Source: Perkinsus chesapeaki ATCC PRA-425
Lineage: Eukaryota; Protista; Perkinsozoa
DNA: 35,685 nt
Direction of reading: 5' to 3'
NCBI GenBank assembly: GCA_013115145.1
Contig: JAAPAO010000368.1
Coordinates: 1 to 35,685 of the forward strand
The position numbers and the translations under genes were made by a program. The notes under the pieces were generated by a model. It had not been told where the DNA came from and did no database searches. It worked only from the letters and a program-made list of their open reading frames with translations. Positions 20,801-35,685 of the stretch are shown here, piece by piece. Position 1 is the stretch's first letter, and each line of letters opens with the position of its first letter.

Positions 20801-23725
20801 GAATGTATCAGCTGCCAGCTCGAGGAGAAGGGATGCCGGAAGCCTCTGCAGTACCTCGTCGCGCTGAAATGATAATCATCCATACCACACTTCTATCAAA
20901 CTATAAAACTTTCAGCTATATACCACCACTATACCATGTTCTTCACAAAAATAAACAAATGCTTCGATCGATGAGTTGAATCGGACACGGTTATTATGGC
21001 TTTATCAATAATGGCATATTCTAGATCATCATCATTGATGTGAATAATGATCTATTTCCCTTATGACTTATAATCATTGATATAATACTGCGATATACAG
21101 TAAATAACCGTCAACCAGTCTCGCTCTTTAATTTCTTCTAACAATCGTTTAATGATAACTTATTCTGTTGTGCTCCGTTCCTCAACAGTGGTGGGAGTTG
21201 GGACGCGGCGTTGCCCGTCGGCTCTTAGCTCACAGGAGCGTATTTCCCCACTTATTACCAGCGCTCTTATTTCCTCCAACACAGTTACCCCACATCCGCT
21301 ATCGATGCTGAGCGCCCACGAAGTCCAAACCGCCACGCCCGCCAGAATCTCGTTCGGCACGTTTTTCGACGTCCTTATCAACTCTCTGAGCTCTCGAGCT
21401 GCTTCCTTAAGATGTCCAATTTGGTTGGAGGCATCCATGACCATCCGGAAACTCGTATCATCCAACCTCAGACTCTTCGCGCACCCTTCCACGACTTCCC
21501 CAATCTCCCCTGTAGCCGCCAGAACCATGCTGATCGAGTCCTTTATCGTGCATGCTCCAGCCATCAACGCGGCCGAACAAAGCTTCTGAACATCTGAAGC
21601 TTCTCGGTCAGCCAGCAAAAGATCCTCCGCTCCGCCGCAGGCCAATGTATGGCCCATCCCGAATCTCAAAACACTCTCTGTGAAGATATCGTCAATAGGG
21701 TTGAGGACCGACACCGAGTTCGGCGCCGACACAACGAAGGTGTCCCCAATGACTCCAACTGCACTTCGCGGCTCATCGATCGCATCACCCATCCCAACCA
21801 GGAGATTTCTGCCCATCGAGTGCGCCGCCTGAGGACTCTTCTCGCCTGCCAACTTCACGTAAAGTGCCTCCGGAGCCTCCTCCACTCCCAGCGAAGTCAG
21901 CGTCCACGCCCACCATGACGCTACGAACTCGCGGCTGCTAATTGACGCAGTGCAACCATCAGCAACATAGAATAGCGGACATGGCGGCGAAGGCAGCAGC
22001 GAACAGATTTCCGATTTTTCATTTCCTTCGTACGCAGCCCGGAGGTCCTCCAAATCCGCCAGACCGACGCCTCGCGCCAATTCCAGTTTCCTTCTCCTTT
22101 GTTGATACACTGTCGCGCAAGCAGTGAAGCCGGCCAGGGCACCATCCCCTCCATCCTCCGGTGAAATGTCTCCAACAAGAATCTCGGTTTCCCCTTCAGG
22201 TGAGCGGGCAATCACAACAAGTTGCTCATTCCCGATGCACAAGTGAACGATCTCCGAGCCAGCTTGAAGAGGCACATCTATCGAGGGCCCTTCCGTGATG
22301 GATTCGTCCTCGTCGACGTATAGCATACTAACAACCCAACCGCCAGTGAGGTCCTGTCGACCAACTGCAACCGATCCAGGCAGCTCATCGCCGTCGAAGT
22401 TGCTGACTACAATCCCACCGAAGACTTCCAGGTTCGCCTCGCTTGCCGGAGGGATGCCGGCGTACCCAGTCAGAGGCTCCGACCACCGTCGGCAGCAGCC
22501 ATCAGCCGTCACCGAAAGGAGCTCTTGATTCGGCAAAGGGACCAGCCCCACTACAGCGGCGGACAGGGTCGTTGGTGTGCGGGAACCTACTAAACGCGTC
22601 ACGGCGTCACGAATCGAGCCCACAACTACTTCTAAACAAGCCGGTCATCTTCGACCACACGCTCTTCTTCGCTACAAGCCCCAAGTTCTTCTCGCACAAA
22701 CTCGGCGTTTCCAGGCCGTTTTCGCAACCAGAAAGCCAGGCCAACGTAACGTTCCCATCTGCGCAACCAATGGCTGCCCAGCCAGGCCCGAGTAACGTCA
22801 GCGATGTGGCCGGCCCTGTGAGCCCGGCAACAGTGGTGACTCGCTGGGATACTGAAGCCAGTCGATTTGTCCAGACCGGATCGGAACGCGAGGATCTGGG
22901 AGGTACGTAAAGGGAGAGAAGAACGGACGTTGACGTGAGAAGGCAAAACGTTACACCTGAAGGAGCTCAATGGGGACTCCTGGAGCAATAAAGACACTAC
23001 CACCAGACCGAGAGTCTACTTGACTGGCCATATGAGTGACTCTGGCATCCACCAAAGCCTCCGAGGGCAATTTAACTGTCACTGCATGCACGACTTTATT
23101 GGGCCCATCTTCGTTGGAATACACAGCGATGCGACACGTGGCCCGGTCGGCCGAACCAGAAAAGCAACTGAATGAACAACTCACTCAAACGAGTACTCTC
23201 AGATACGAAATAAAGCTACTGTATCTCTTCAGACTCCACCGCGATTCCCAAACCCGGTACATTCAGAAATTACGGAATTTTCTGACTACATTCCAGAGAA
23301 ATTCTCAGTTCAATAATTACGGAAATACTACCACTGAGAGAGACCGTCACTGTACCACCCGATAGATTCTAAATAATACAAACAGTCGTTGAGAGAAATA
23401 AGTTTTCCGGCTTACTTTCCCAACGAGGCGGATATTCTCTAGCAGCATATGGCGCCTGGAAGCTCTCGAAATAAGTTGTACAGCGAACCATCAAAGACAG
23501 TATTTCAGTGCTGCTCTAAGAGGCCCTCTACCGCCCTTATTACCATACAACCGCCACGGCTTCCTCCCCTATAGGGCCCACTATGGCCGATTTCGATGTT
23601 GTCCCTTCAGATGTTGGAAAAGTGTCCACACTCCTTTCGGAATATCCAACTACTACGTGATCCAGTCTGTCATCTTCTTCGAGGGACATTTCTCCCAGTG
23701 GAGTGAAGGGAAATCTGCCCGCCAT
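17830..23725 (-). CDS. NUP160: Nucleoporin Nup160/Nup120-like, about 7 exons
   Basis: Beta-propeller-like N-terminal part (AIGCADGNVTL, KSVWSKMTGLF, LLSVTADGCCRRW) and helical C-terminal part with VPERLVDQL..LTLLRVYMVTDQLEEAAELA and PLDLALILQL, typical of Nup160. In-frame GT-AG junctions reconstructed. Last exon VPQRDALADALEGLRDELRVADERAVGLAQLGPMSF* at 17830-17940. Confidence 0.7.
20363..20513. repeat. 32-bp tandem minisatellite (4.7 copies) in a Nup160 intron
   Basis: AAAGGGACTACTCAGACCTTATACAAGCAATT three times, followed by variant AAAGGGACTACTTAGGCGTTATACAAGCAATT about 1.7 times. Confidence 0.95.
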
Positions 23726-24269
23726 TGATCTACTCAAACTCAACTTCCGTTTAAATGAATTTTTCAACGAGGTGAAGGATATTGATGTGTTTAAGCCTCC
23801 CTATAGGAGCAGCCTTCGCCCTAGCCACCAAGTGCCTTCTACTCGCCCCACCACTGCAGCGTTTAAGAGCGCATTAAAACAATAATAATTGTCGATGGTC
23901 TTCCCGGCCTCTGAGAATGTCAATAAAATGCCGCCGATAGGGCTAGCTTCTTCGTCAGCCAAAAGAGGCTCCGAAATATCTACCAACGGTAGCGAGTGAT
24001 GACCGATGGTTGTGTCATGCAAAGAGGGGAAGGAACGTGCAGCCGGTGCAGCCGAGCGGGGATTCACTCGACGACAGACGGCGATGCGCAAAATAGAAGG
24101 GATGTACAGACCGCAGTGGTGGAGGCACTAGGAACAGAAAGTAACAACAAGGCAGAAGCGCAGTGAAAGCTGGACACGGGCGGCTGCCGTATGAGGCAGC
24201 CTATTTACAACAACAAGGAGGAGAAGGGAGGAAGGCACTCCTCAAAGAAGAGTACTAAATAAACAATGA

Positions 24270-27293
<3,024 letters not shown>

Positions 27294-27496
27294 ATTTACA
27301 CAGGAGAAACCTGACATATTAAAATAGGATATTTCATTTGCCCGAAGCTCTCCACAAGTTACATCAAACCACTACCGAAGTGCTACAAAAAACTGCAACT
27401 CATTTCCTTTCGACGAACACCTGATCAGAAAAAGATTCTCCCAGCCGAGCCAACCAAACATGAATAATAGCAATGAAACTTAATTCGGCATGTCTG

Positions 27497-29439
27497 TTAC
27501 TTCTTGCTTGGGACCTTCGTGAAGAAGGACGATATCTTCTTGCAGCCCTTCGCCGCCTGCTCCAACCTTGCCCGCTTGGCGTCCACCTTCTTGGCCTACA
27601 TGCCATATGGAAATAACAGAAAGCGTCATCACAGTAACCTCGCTCGGTCGGCTTCTTTTCTGGTTGATCGCCGCGCTCCCCGGCGGTGCAGAAATCGCCT
27701 TCTTTGTTGGTGAGGGTATCAGCGATTGAGAAATATCTGTCCATTAGTCAGCCCAAATCTCGGCAAGAATCTTCTCACCAACGTTAAGCCGCTTCGCCAC
27801 CTTCTCCACAATTTCACCGTCGTTCAAAGCGAAATGATAGCATAACTGACAAGATCCAAAGACTGGGCAAGGATCGCAGTAACTCACCTCACACATGAAT
27901 CTAGTAAGTCGGTCCTGTCTCATCTCATCCGTGGCGCAGTCGCCGACCTCAGTAAAATAAAGTCCAGAAGACTGTGCCTGAAAAGTTCTGTGAAAATCCC
28001 CCTAATCTCGAATCGAAACAAACGAATGATACGCATCGACGATGGCAGTCTCAGTAAGCCGAAGTCCGCCAACGTGGGCTGACTTATCCTGTGAGTTCCT
28101 ATCCGCGAGTTTCTGATGGTAATTCTTGTCCAGAATGAAACACAATAATTTTACACTTTGCAAGAGTTGAAGCAGTTTTCCAAGTTTGCCTATGAATGGA
28201 TTCACCGACGCGTATGCAGCGGAGAGGCTTCCGAGGCTTTCTCCAGAATTCACCCACCTCTGCAACAGTCTTCCTAACCACCACAGCCAGCCAGGCCACG
28301 AGACGCTCGACGCTGAATCGATACACTTTTTCCTGGAGGAGCATATATGACAGACGAGCTAGCTACCAACCTGCCCCGCCTCGCTGCCACCGGGGAGAGC
28401 CTTCACCTCACATATGCACTCCAGTTGCTTCACGATGCTATCACGGCAGACCGAAACCTAGGAGAAGGAACACCAACCGGGGGATCATCTAGCCTCACAG
28501 ATTCTTCGAGACCCAAGAACTGTTCCTAGCGCGAAGATACTGTGAGCATTTCGATGGGAGGTATGTTCCTAGACACATCCAACGCATTCCTCCTCCTGGT
28601 GGTGATGATACTCTACGACGTACACTATTACGCGATTTGTCGACTCTTCGATGCCATCGAGTTTCCTAGATACTATCAGAACCTTGAATCAGTATTTTTG
28701 ATAGAGCAAAAAGAAAAGCCAAACGCACCTCTCTGACCTACACTATTTCGACCCGGTCCAATTTCCGACCTACCATATGTTTAAAGCTGTCACGACAGTC
28801 TCCGTATGCCGAGCTTGCTCCGAGAATAATATCCGTCAAGGAGACGAACCTTGGCAGCGAATCAGGCACGCAACAAGTGAGTGGTAAAGCCACCACCTTG
28901 ATTGGTTGGCATCTTGGCCCTTCAAGAACGGCAGTAGTACCATAACTGGTGCCACTTCGGTGGCCATCAGCACATGAGGATCGCGGACGAGCGTCTCATC
29001 ACCGACGAAGAAGCTTCCACGATTGTTGCCGCTGCGCTCGAAGGAGTTAACCTCGAAGAGCCTGAAAGGAACGATCTGATGAAGTCACTGAACAGCACAT
29101 TAGGACTAACAGAGAATCATACAATAGTAATAAGGAGGCATTTTCAACATCCGGCGTCTCCTGTGATTGCGTCGAATGTGTTTCTGTATAAGTTGTAAGG
29201 TTACTCAGTTTAGAGAACTCCCCCCTAAAGCATTCTGAACTCTGAACATCAGTCTATCGGAACATCCGGCCTTACCTGCCCTGGCAGCCATCTGTCGAAG
29301 CTAAAAGGAAATTCGCTACTTTCCCATCACTTGGATGAGGCAATCGAATGACCTCCACCTTCTCCCGGCCAATATCTATCCGGGAGAAAAGGAGTCGGCC
29401 CTTCCAGCGAGGACCGTGAGCCGCGGAAGAAGGGGCCAT
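27497..29439 (-). CDS. RNASEH2B: Ribonuclease H2 subunit B, multi-exon
   Basis: Spliced segments MAPSS...VIRLPHPSDGKVANFLL, LFEVNSF...GSFFVGDETLVRDPHVLMATEVAPVMVLLPFL, FVSLTDII, QLECICEVK, EKVYRFSVERLVAWLAVVVRKTVAE. C-terminal PIP-box-like AKGCKKISSFFTK. Confidence 0.8.
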
Positions 29440-29547
29440 TGCAACTGCGACAACGACTCTCCACCGGTGGCCAACACAAAAACTGTCCCCAACAGGTTAG
29501 CTGAAACGCACGGGAATCTTTTTAAAAAATAAAGCCACCGTGAAGCC

Positions 29548-31354
29548 TCATGCAGCAGAACTCTTAATAGGAGAATCGAAGACTCTGTCCAGTCGGCTTG
29601 ACTCTGGCATGGCTCGGAACATTCGGTTGTACCTGTCACTGGTCAAGAAAGATATTTTTGAGGTTGGTACCAGCTTAGGAGGTCGGTGTGGTTACGGAGG
29701 AGCCAGTGGTGAGTGGTGAACCCCTCGAGTGAGCGAATGCAACCGTAACTGAGGAAAAATCAGTTACGTCACTGTCGAGGCTGTCGAGAAGGGACGGAAA
29801 ACATTTAAGAACACATCGAATGAATTCATAAATACAACTATTTGTCATCATTCTTATATCATTCCAGTTTATACTCTTGTCAGTATAATACTTTTATTAG
29901 TTAAATATTAAAAATAATTTCAGGTTTAGAACACCGGTCACATATTGCTTACACCATAGTATTCATATATAGATGTGATAGAAAGATCTAGAGAACGGTC
30001 CTAATTCTCATCACAGTTTGAGGTTCACAAGCCGGGAACATTCCGAGTTGCTTTGTAGCCGCCTCAAATAGAACTCCAGATCCGAAAGCGATGTAATTAT
30101 TTTACGGACGAGTCGGACAATATCACATATTAAAAAATACAGATTAATGTACAAAGATAACAAATGCGTCGTGAACGCTTTATACGGCAGTTGCAGGATA
30201 GCCGGTGGGCCATCACCGTTCAGTTGGCTAAGTCAATGGCTAAGGAAGAGAGCGTGTACGCGGATGAAGAGAGCAGGTAGATACCACTCAGAATGGTGAA
30301 TAGAGAAGGTCAAGACAGAATTCGGCGGCTAACCTACACAGCGACATCTGCAAGATCGGGCTTTGATCCACCATGAAACGTGCCACCTTTAGCTGATAGT
30401 TCCACTGTCCACTCCTAAAAATAAAGGCAATGAAGAGCTCACCTGTAGACTTATTAATAATAAGATAGATTAATGATAAGATAGATTAATGATAAGATAG
30501 ATTAATGATAAAATAGATTAACAATGATATAGATTAAACCCAATAATTGTCCCACTTACATCTATGCACCTTAAAAGATCCTCTCGTTCATCCTCAATAT
30601 TGTACTTCTTCCGTATCTTATCATTTGCCATCCACATAGCCCATCCCCCCACCAATCGATTAACCATCTTCATAGGTAACCACATATGAGGAATGGCCAT
30701 AATGTAACCAAATGCCTCGAAAGATTCAGTGAAGGTCCTCGTCAGGTTCGGGAACAATAAAACTGATAATTTCTTATCGGTCCAATCGACCCATTTATTA
30801 ATCTCCGGATCAGCAAGCTGCTCGGTGACGCTATCTCGGCCAAGGACTTCAACTAGCTTTTTGATAATCTCAGCTGAGTCGTTCACCTGAGGATTGATAA
30901 AAGATACCAACGCCGAAGCTCAATGGCAAAAGCATGCTTCAAGCATAGATTTCGAGTATATAAAACAATTGCAACCAGCGAGCCCGCCGGGCCAAGAAGC
31001 AACTTACTTGAACGCCATCTATGAAGGCAATTGGAACTTTTCGATAGTCCTTGCTGAATCTGATTCCCCCCTTAGTAAGCGGGTTTACGTCCATAGTCTT
31101 GTACGGCACCTAAAGGGAACTCTCACCCCAGCTCGCTAGAAGAGTATCGCGGTCTACGAATCAACCTTTTCTGCATCTTACCACCTTAACCTAAGATACC
31201 TTCCTACCTGTTGCCAATCTAAGAAAGCCTTGACTTTGTTACAATATGGGCATATCTCATATTGATATATATTAACCTCAGGAAGCCTGGCCGCACCGCC
31301 GCTGCCCGCAGCTGCGGCACAGAATCTAGGAGCGCGCCGACAAGCCAGAAGCAT
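29548..31354 (-). CDS. PTGES2: Prostaglandin E synthase 2-like (glutaredoxin/GST-fold) protein, 6 exons
   Basis: YQYEICPYCNKVKAFLDW, VPYKTMDVNPLTK, DYRKVPI, VNDSAEII, KWVDWTDKKLSVLLFPNL, FHGGSKPDLADVAVYGCIRSLEG, LLSWYNRM. Arg/Ala-rich transit-peptide-like N-terminus. Confidence 0.9.
30455..30537. repeat. 16-bp tandem repeat (about 5 copies) in PTGES2 intron 3
   Basis: TAATGATAAGATAGAT repeated with few substitutions. Confidence 0.9.
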
Positions 31355-31659
31355 TTCACTCGAATTCAAACGTAAAACCTTTAGAGCTCCAATCGATACC
31401 GCTAGGGGCTCCGTTAGGTAATGCTTCACAGAACGATTATACTAATGTGTTAGGAAGTCCGAGCCTTGAGCGTTTTTACACAACTATAATCGTCGCACTT
31501 TGCCGAATACAGTCGTTCAAAGATCATAAATTGAAGTCGGTCGTTTATTGGAAGCTGCTAGTCAGATAAGGTGTCCAGCCTCGAAGTTGGTTTATTGAAC
31601 AACAATATCAGTGCTTGCCGTTTTTTTACCCGCCTATAATCGTCCAATCTTCACGGTGA
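31355..31659. promoter_or_regulatory. Divergent strand-switch region between PTGES2 (-) and acyl-CoA oxidase (+); candidate bidirectional promoter
   Basis: 305 nt between two divergent ATGs and the only orientation switch among the genes modelled here. No specific motif identified. Confidence 0.4.
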
Positions 31660-34600
31660 ATGCCGGCGGCAACCCTGACTGAGTCCCTAACATGTGTTCT
31701 GGACGGCTGTGATTCCCGCAGACAGCGACGTCGGCGTTGGATGACCAGAGTGGCTGGGAAACTGCGTGCAGCCGAGCCAGCTGGGTTGACCAGAGACGAC
31801 CTTGCTGCTTTGGCCTTGAAAAGATTCATTGATGTTCACAGGTGGGTGGTAAAAGGATTCTCGGCAGCCTCGAGTTGAGCGCTTAACAATATAGGCATTC
31901 GGTATATACAAATATACCAGTCTCGAGTCTCGTGAAACGGAGTTTAAAACGTTATCAACTTCGAAGTGACACTTCTTTAAGCAAGTCTGTTAACTGGCAA
32001 AGTGACTGTGAGCAACCACAGTAGATTGATCGATTACAGATATTTTCAAAATTTGGCGATGAGTAAGGCACCCGACCATTTGTCAATCATCTCGACCTGG
32101 AACTGATGCTGTGAACGTGTTGATGGGACAACGTGTTGAGCAACATCCGTGGGATGTTGCTTACCGCTTGAGCTCGTGTCGCGTCGGTCCGTCCCACTTC
32201 TCTCTATCGCGGACTGTGAAATCATTTTACAATTTCATCCCTAGTAGTTAATAAGTCCAATTCCATGTTAACCGTTATTTATTGCTGAGTCTTCATGACG
32301 AAATGGCGGAGCTTTGCCGGTGAAAATGCACACCGGGTTAAGCGGTCTGCTTTTGGCAGCCTGGGACGTAAATGCACCCACGGCGGCGGTAACAGAATCG
32401 GAACGCGCTCCCCATTTAACACGGTGCTGGTAAATGATAGCTCCAGCTCGGAATTTGCAAATACCGATATTATCAGGCCCCACTTGGATGCTAACAGTGT
32501 CGCTCCGACGGACGCCTCGAACGATAAGCCAGCTGCCGATCCCCTAGAAGTTGTTTGGATGGCCGAAGTGGCGCCGCACAGCTCCGGCATGTGGGACTCG
32601 TTTGTGCCTTTCCTTCAAGCCATAGTCGGCCAGGGCTCCACGGAACAGAAAAAGAAATGGGTTCCTCGCATTATGAAAATGGACGTGATCGGCTCGTGAG
32701 TGCCTTCCTATTCGCCGAGGACACGCCCGTCGTAGGTATTGCCAGACCGAGCTCGGTCATGGCTCCAACGTCCGTGGCTTGGAGACGACTGCCACTTTTA
32801 CAATCGATGAAGGCCGCCGTCCTGGATTCGTTTTGCACACGCCCACGTTGACAGCTACAAAGTGGTGGCCTGGCGGGCTGGCTCTGGCTGCAACACACGC
32901 TGTTGTGTAGGTGAAGATGGTCAGGAGACGTCTCAGACATGGAGGAGCGATATTTTCAATGGGAATTTATAGCCTCTTCCTAGGAACCTATTTCAATCGA
33001 CCTCTTGTCAAGAGGCTCTTGATCTCTACGCTAGGATTTCACACTCGCAGAAGATATTCTCCATGGGTAACAAAATCGGATCTCTGCCGTAGAAGAATTT
33101 CCGACTTCCAAGGAACTCATTTCCATGCGGGGAATCAACCCCTCATAATTTCAGTTACGCGAGATTGATACTTCCGGACGGCGGCGATCACGGCGTCGCG
33201 GGTTTTATATTACAGCTTCGTGACAGCGACCACCGACTGTTAGCTGGAATTGAAGCTGGAGAGCTCGGCCCTAAAATGGGGGAGGACTCGCATGACTCTG
33301 GGTGGCTTCAACTCCACCGTGTTAAAGTGCCTCTGGAGGCGTTACTGGCCGGCAAAGGACAGGTCGGGACTTTTGCTGTTGGATTTCCTCGGAGACTATT
33401 TCGGGATTTTGCGGAAATTTTTGGGGACTGTCATCGTGAGATCAACGTGAGATGGAGGGAAAAATTGGCCAGACCAAGAAAAAGAAAAAAAGGGACTCAA
33501 TCAGTCGATGCGGCTTGTCTACTCGAATGAATCTTAGAATTTTGCCCATTTCTAACCGCTCCGTCTCCTGTGTTTCCTTGATCGAGCCTGTGAATTTTAT
33601 TCCGGAAAAATGGTTACCTACAGTAGCTTCACTGCTTCCTGCATACGTCGGCTCTCAGAAGGCTCTCCTTGGTGCCAGGTCTCCCCGGATGGCCGTTTCA
33701 TTCCCAACCCCGACGCAGACAAGCGATTGGAGCATTCCTCAATGGTGGCCACCCGAGCTGGTTGGATATCCCTTTCGGGAGGATTGATTGCTAAGGCCGC
33801 TACCATTGCTACTAGGTGAGGAGCACTGGGCAAGATTGGCTAATATTACTGTAAGGTGTGCGTTAGGAATCTCAGTAACTTTCTCTATGATCCTGCAGAG
33901 CAACAATTACTCTCTTCGTAATTTCCCGGTGACCTGAGATGCCGGCGTAATTGACGCAGGTCGAGTAGCAGCCAACAATAGGCTTAATCATGTTTAAGTG
34001 GTGAATCACTCCGCGGAATTAGCGCCCTGACGTACATGCGGCTAGACCTGTCGCCATCGAGAATAGCCTTCTCAGCCAGGCGCTATTGGCAAGCGCTACG
34101 TGATCGTTTAGCTCAACATCAGCAGCAGCAATACTACGACACTTCAGCTAGGAGTATAAACCCACCCACACTCGCCAAGTGTTCCCGTCGTTTTAGAATC
34201 CTAGACGATCTCGAAATTGCTCAGATATTCTCATGTGCGTCGCCAGGGGCGGTCACCGCACTCCCCACGTGCTGAGGCGCGTTTGATCGACCACGACACT
34301 CAAGCGGGTCGACTGCTCCGGGGCATTTCCACGGCATACGTCTTCAAGTTGGCCGGATATTGGCTGCTTTTGGATTCCAAGAACCATCCGGATTGGTTGA
34401 TTGCTGCTCTTAAAGGCTTGACGAGCGCTATATCGGCCGACTTGGTCGAAGATCTTCGTCGCTGCTGCGGTGGGAACGGGTATCTTCTTAATAGTGGGAT
34501 AGCGAGGATCAGTCTGGATAATATGTGGCGCGCGACGGCTGAAGGCGATGTGCAAGTGTTGCTGTCTTATGCTGGCCGACGAATGAGAAATCTCTCCGAG

Positions 34601-35134
34601 GCAGATTTATTCGACGAAATGCCAACCACACATCACCCAGCCCTCAAAGAGCTGCGCAATCGAGCTCAGTCTGCTAGGGAGACAGCGCGTAACGGTCGGA
34701 ACACAATTCTGGATACTAGTGCAGCACGGGCTTACTCGGAATGGATCCTAGCCAAGTGGGCATGGGCCAGATTGGCCAAGCTAACCCCCTTAGCAGATCC
34801 GCAGGCGGTCGGGGTTGTCGAGAGGTTCATTCGCTTTTATTCGTACTGTACTGTTGCGATGCCGTGCTGCTCGGCAACCGCCATTCCTCGTTGGGCACCG
34901 CAGGCCGATTTTCATACCGATTTCCTCTCGCTTGTGAGGGAGCTGCGACCACTGGCGCTCTCGGCAGTGGATGCGTTCGAGTATACAGATGAGCAGCTTC
35001 ACAACACCACTTTGGGGCGGAAGGACGGCAAGGTGTACGAAGCTCTATTGGAGGCAGCTAAAGAATCGCCCTGGTCTCGAGGAATTCCCGAGCAAGTGCA
35101 TGATGTTTTGATGAGTCTACATAGCAAATTGTGA
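31660..35134 (+). CDS. ACOX1: Peroxisomal acyl-CoA oxidase, 6 exons, PTS1 -SKL
   Basis: LTCVLDG...[77 protein letters not shown], catalytic TAEGD, AVDAFEY.D..L....[12 protein letters not shown], terminal SKL*. All junctions GT-AG and in frame. Confidence 0.93.
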
Positions 35135-35282
35135 TTTTTCCGAAAGTTTTACTTTTTGCAACGTCGAGTTTGGTTGGGAAGAGAAGAGGGGTGACGGAGC
35201 TAGCAGCTTAGCAAAGCTAATAATCTGCACGCATGCGCAATGGGAAGGAGCGAGTAATGACTGTTCTCAGTTAGGATTCACT

Positions 35283-35464
35283 ATGTCATCTCATAGACCT
35301 TGGAAATCACTTAACACTTTCAATCCTCGGGATTACGAGCGGCCGGGATTAAAGCAGGATGAGATAGAAGAGCTTAAGGATGCATTCGATCTCTTTGATA
35401 CGGATTCATCTGGGGAGATATGTTTGGCGGAGCTCAAGGCAGCTATGAAGAGTCTTGGCTATGA
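35283..35464 (+). CDS. Centrin (alveolate ICL-type) exon 1; rest of gene lies beyond the window
   Basis: FNPRDYERPGLKQDEIEELKDAFDLFDTDSSGEICLAELKAAMKSLGYE, followed by a GTAAG donor. Confidence 0.85.
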
Positions 35465-35539
35465 GTAAGGCCATCACTCGCAGGAGGGTTGGATATGGAA
35501 TGCCCCAAGGAGGATGTATTCTATGTGTGTATCTTCACG

Positions 35540-35685
35540 AGTAACATATTTCCTATCAAACTCCTTTCTATTATATCTCCTCCGTATCACTAGTAACATA
35601 TTTCCTATCAAGCTCCTTTCTATTATATCTCCTCCGTATCACTAGTAGCATATTTCCTATCAAACTCCTTTCTATTATATCTCCT
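35540..35685. repeat. 52-bp tandem minisatellite (at least 2.8 copies) in centrin intron 1, cut by the window end
   Basis: AGTAACATATTTCCTATCAAACTCCTTTCTATTATATCTCCTCCGTATCACT at 35540, 35592 and 35644. Confidence 0.95.

Noticed and set aside
23801-24091. 96-aa ORF between DBP2 and Nup160
   Set aside because: No ATG start, no homology recognised, and it could be UTR or spacer sequence.
34036-34275. 79-aa plus-strand ORF with a poly-Q stretch
   Set aside because: It lies mostly within acyl-CoA oxidase intron 5, whose flanking exons join in frame (ATR|YSHVRRQ) without it.

Overview
Eukaryotic, gene-dense genomic DNA with many short (about 40-90 nt) GT-AG introns. Gene content and intron style point to an alveolate protist, most likely Perkinsus (inference). 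The ORF track is misleading because most genes are split into small exons. Splicing by eye gives nine co-oriented minus-strand units from about 1.2 to 31.4 kb: an orphan secreted ORF, a CEP104-like gene, a 15-exon S10 serine-carboxypeptidase-like gene, an unresolved 11.6-14.2 kb unit, an intronless ankyrin-fused large NAD-glutamate dehydrogenase, Nup160-like, DBP2/p68 helicase, RNase H2 subunit B and PTGES2-like. A 305-nt divergent switch follows, then plus-strand acyl-CoA oxidase (PTS1 SKL) and the first exon of a centrin. Tandem minisatellites sit mostly inside introns. No mobile element, CRISPR array or RNA gene could be supported. The most unusual signals are: an exact 39-nt copy of GDH coding sequence 2.2 kb downstream of its source; a marked excess of perfect palindromes with a single central base, often as overlapping A-A'-A triplets; a 209-bp duplication with a hairpin at one end of each copy; the ankyrin-GDH fusion; and an S10 peptidase that keeps its triad but has lost the canonical carboxylate-binding residues and has a GT-AT intron. 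All gene models are manual reconstructions without database searches.
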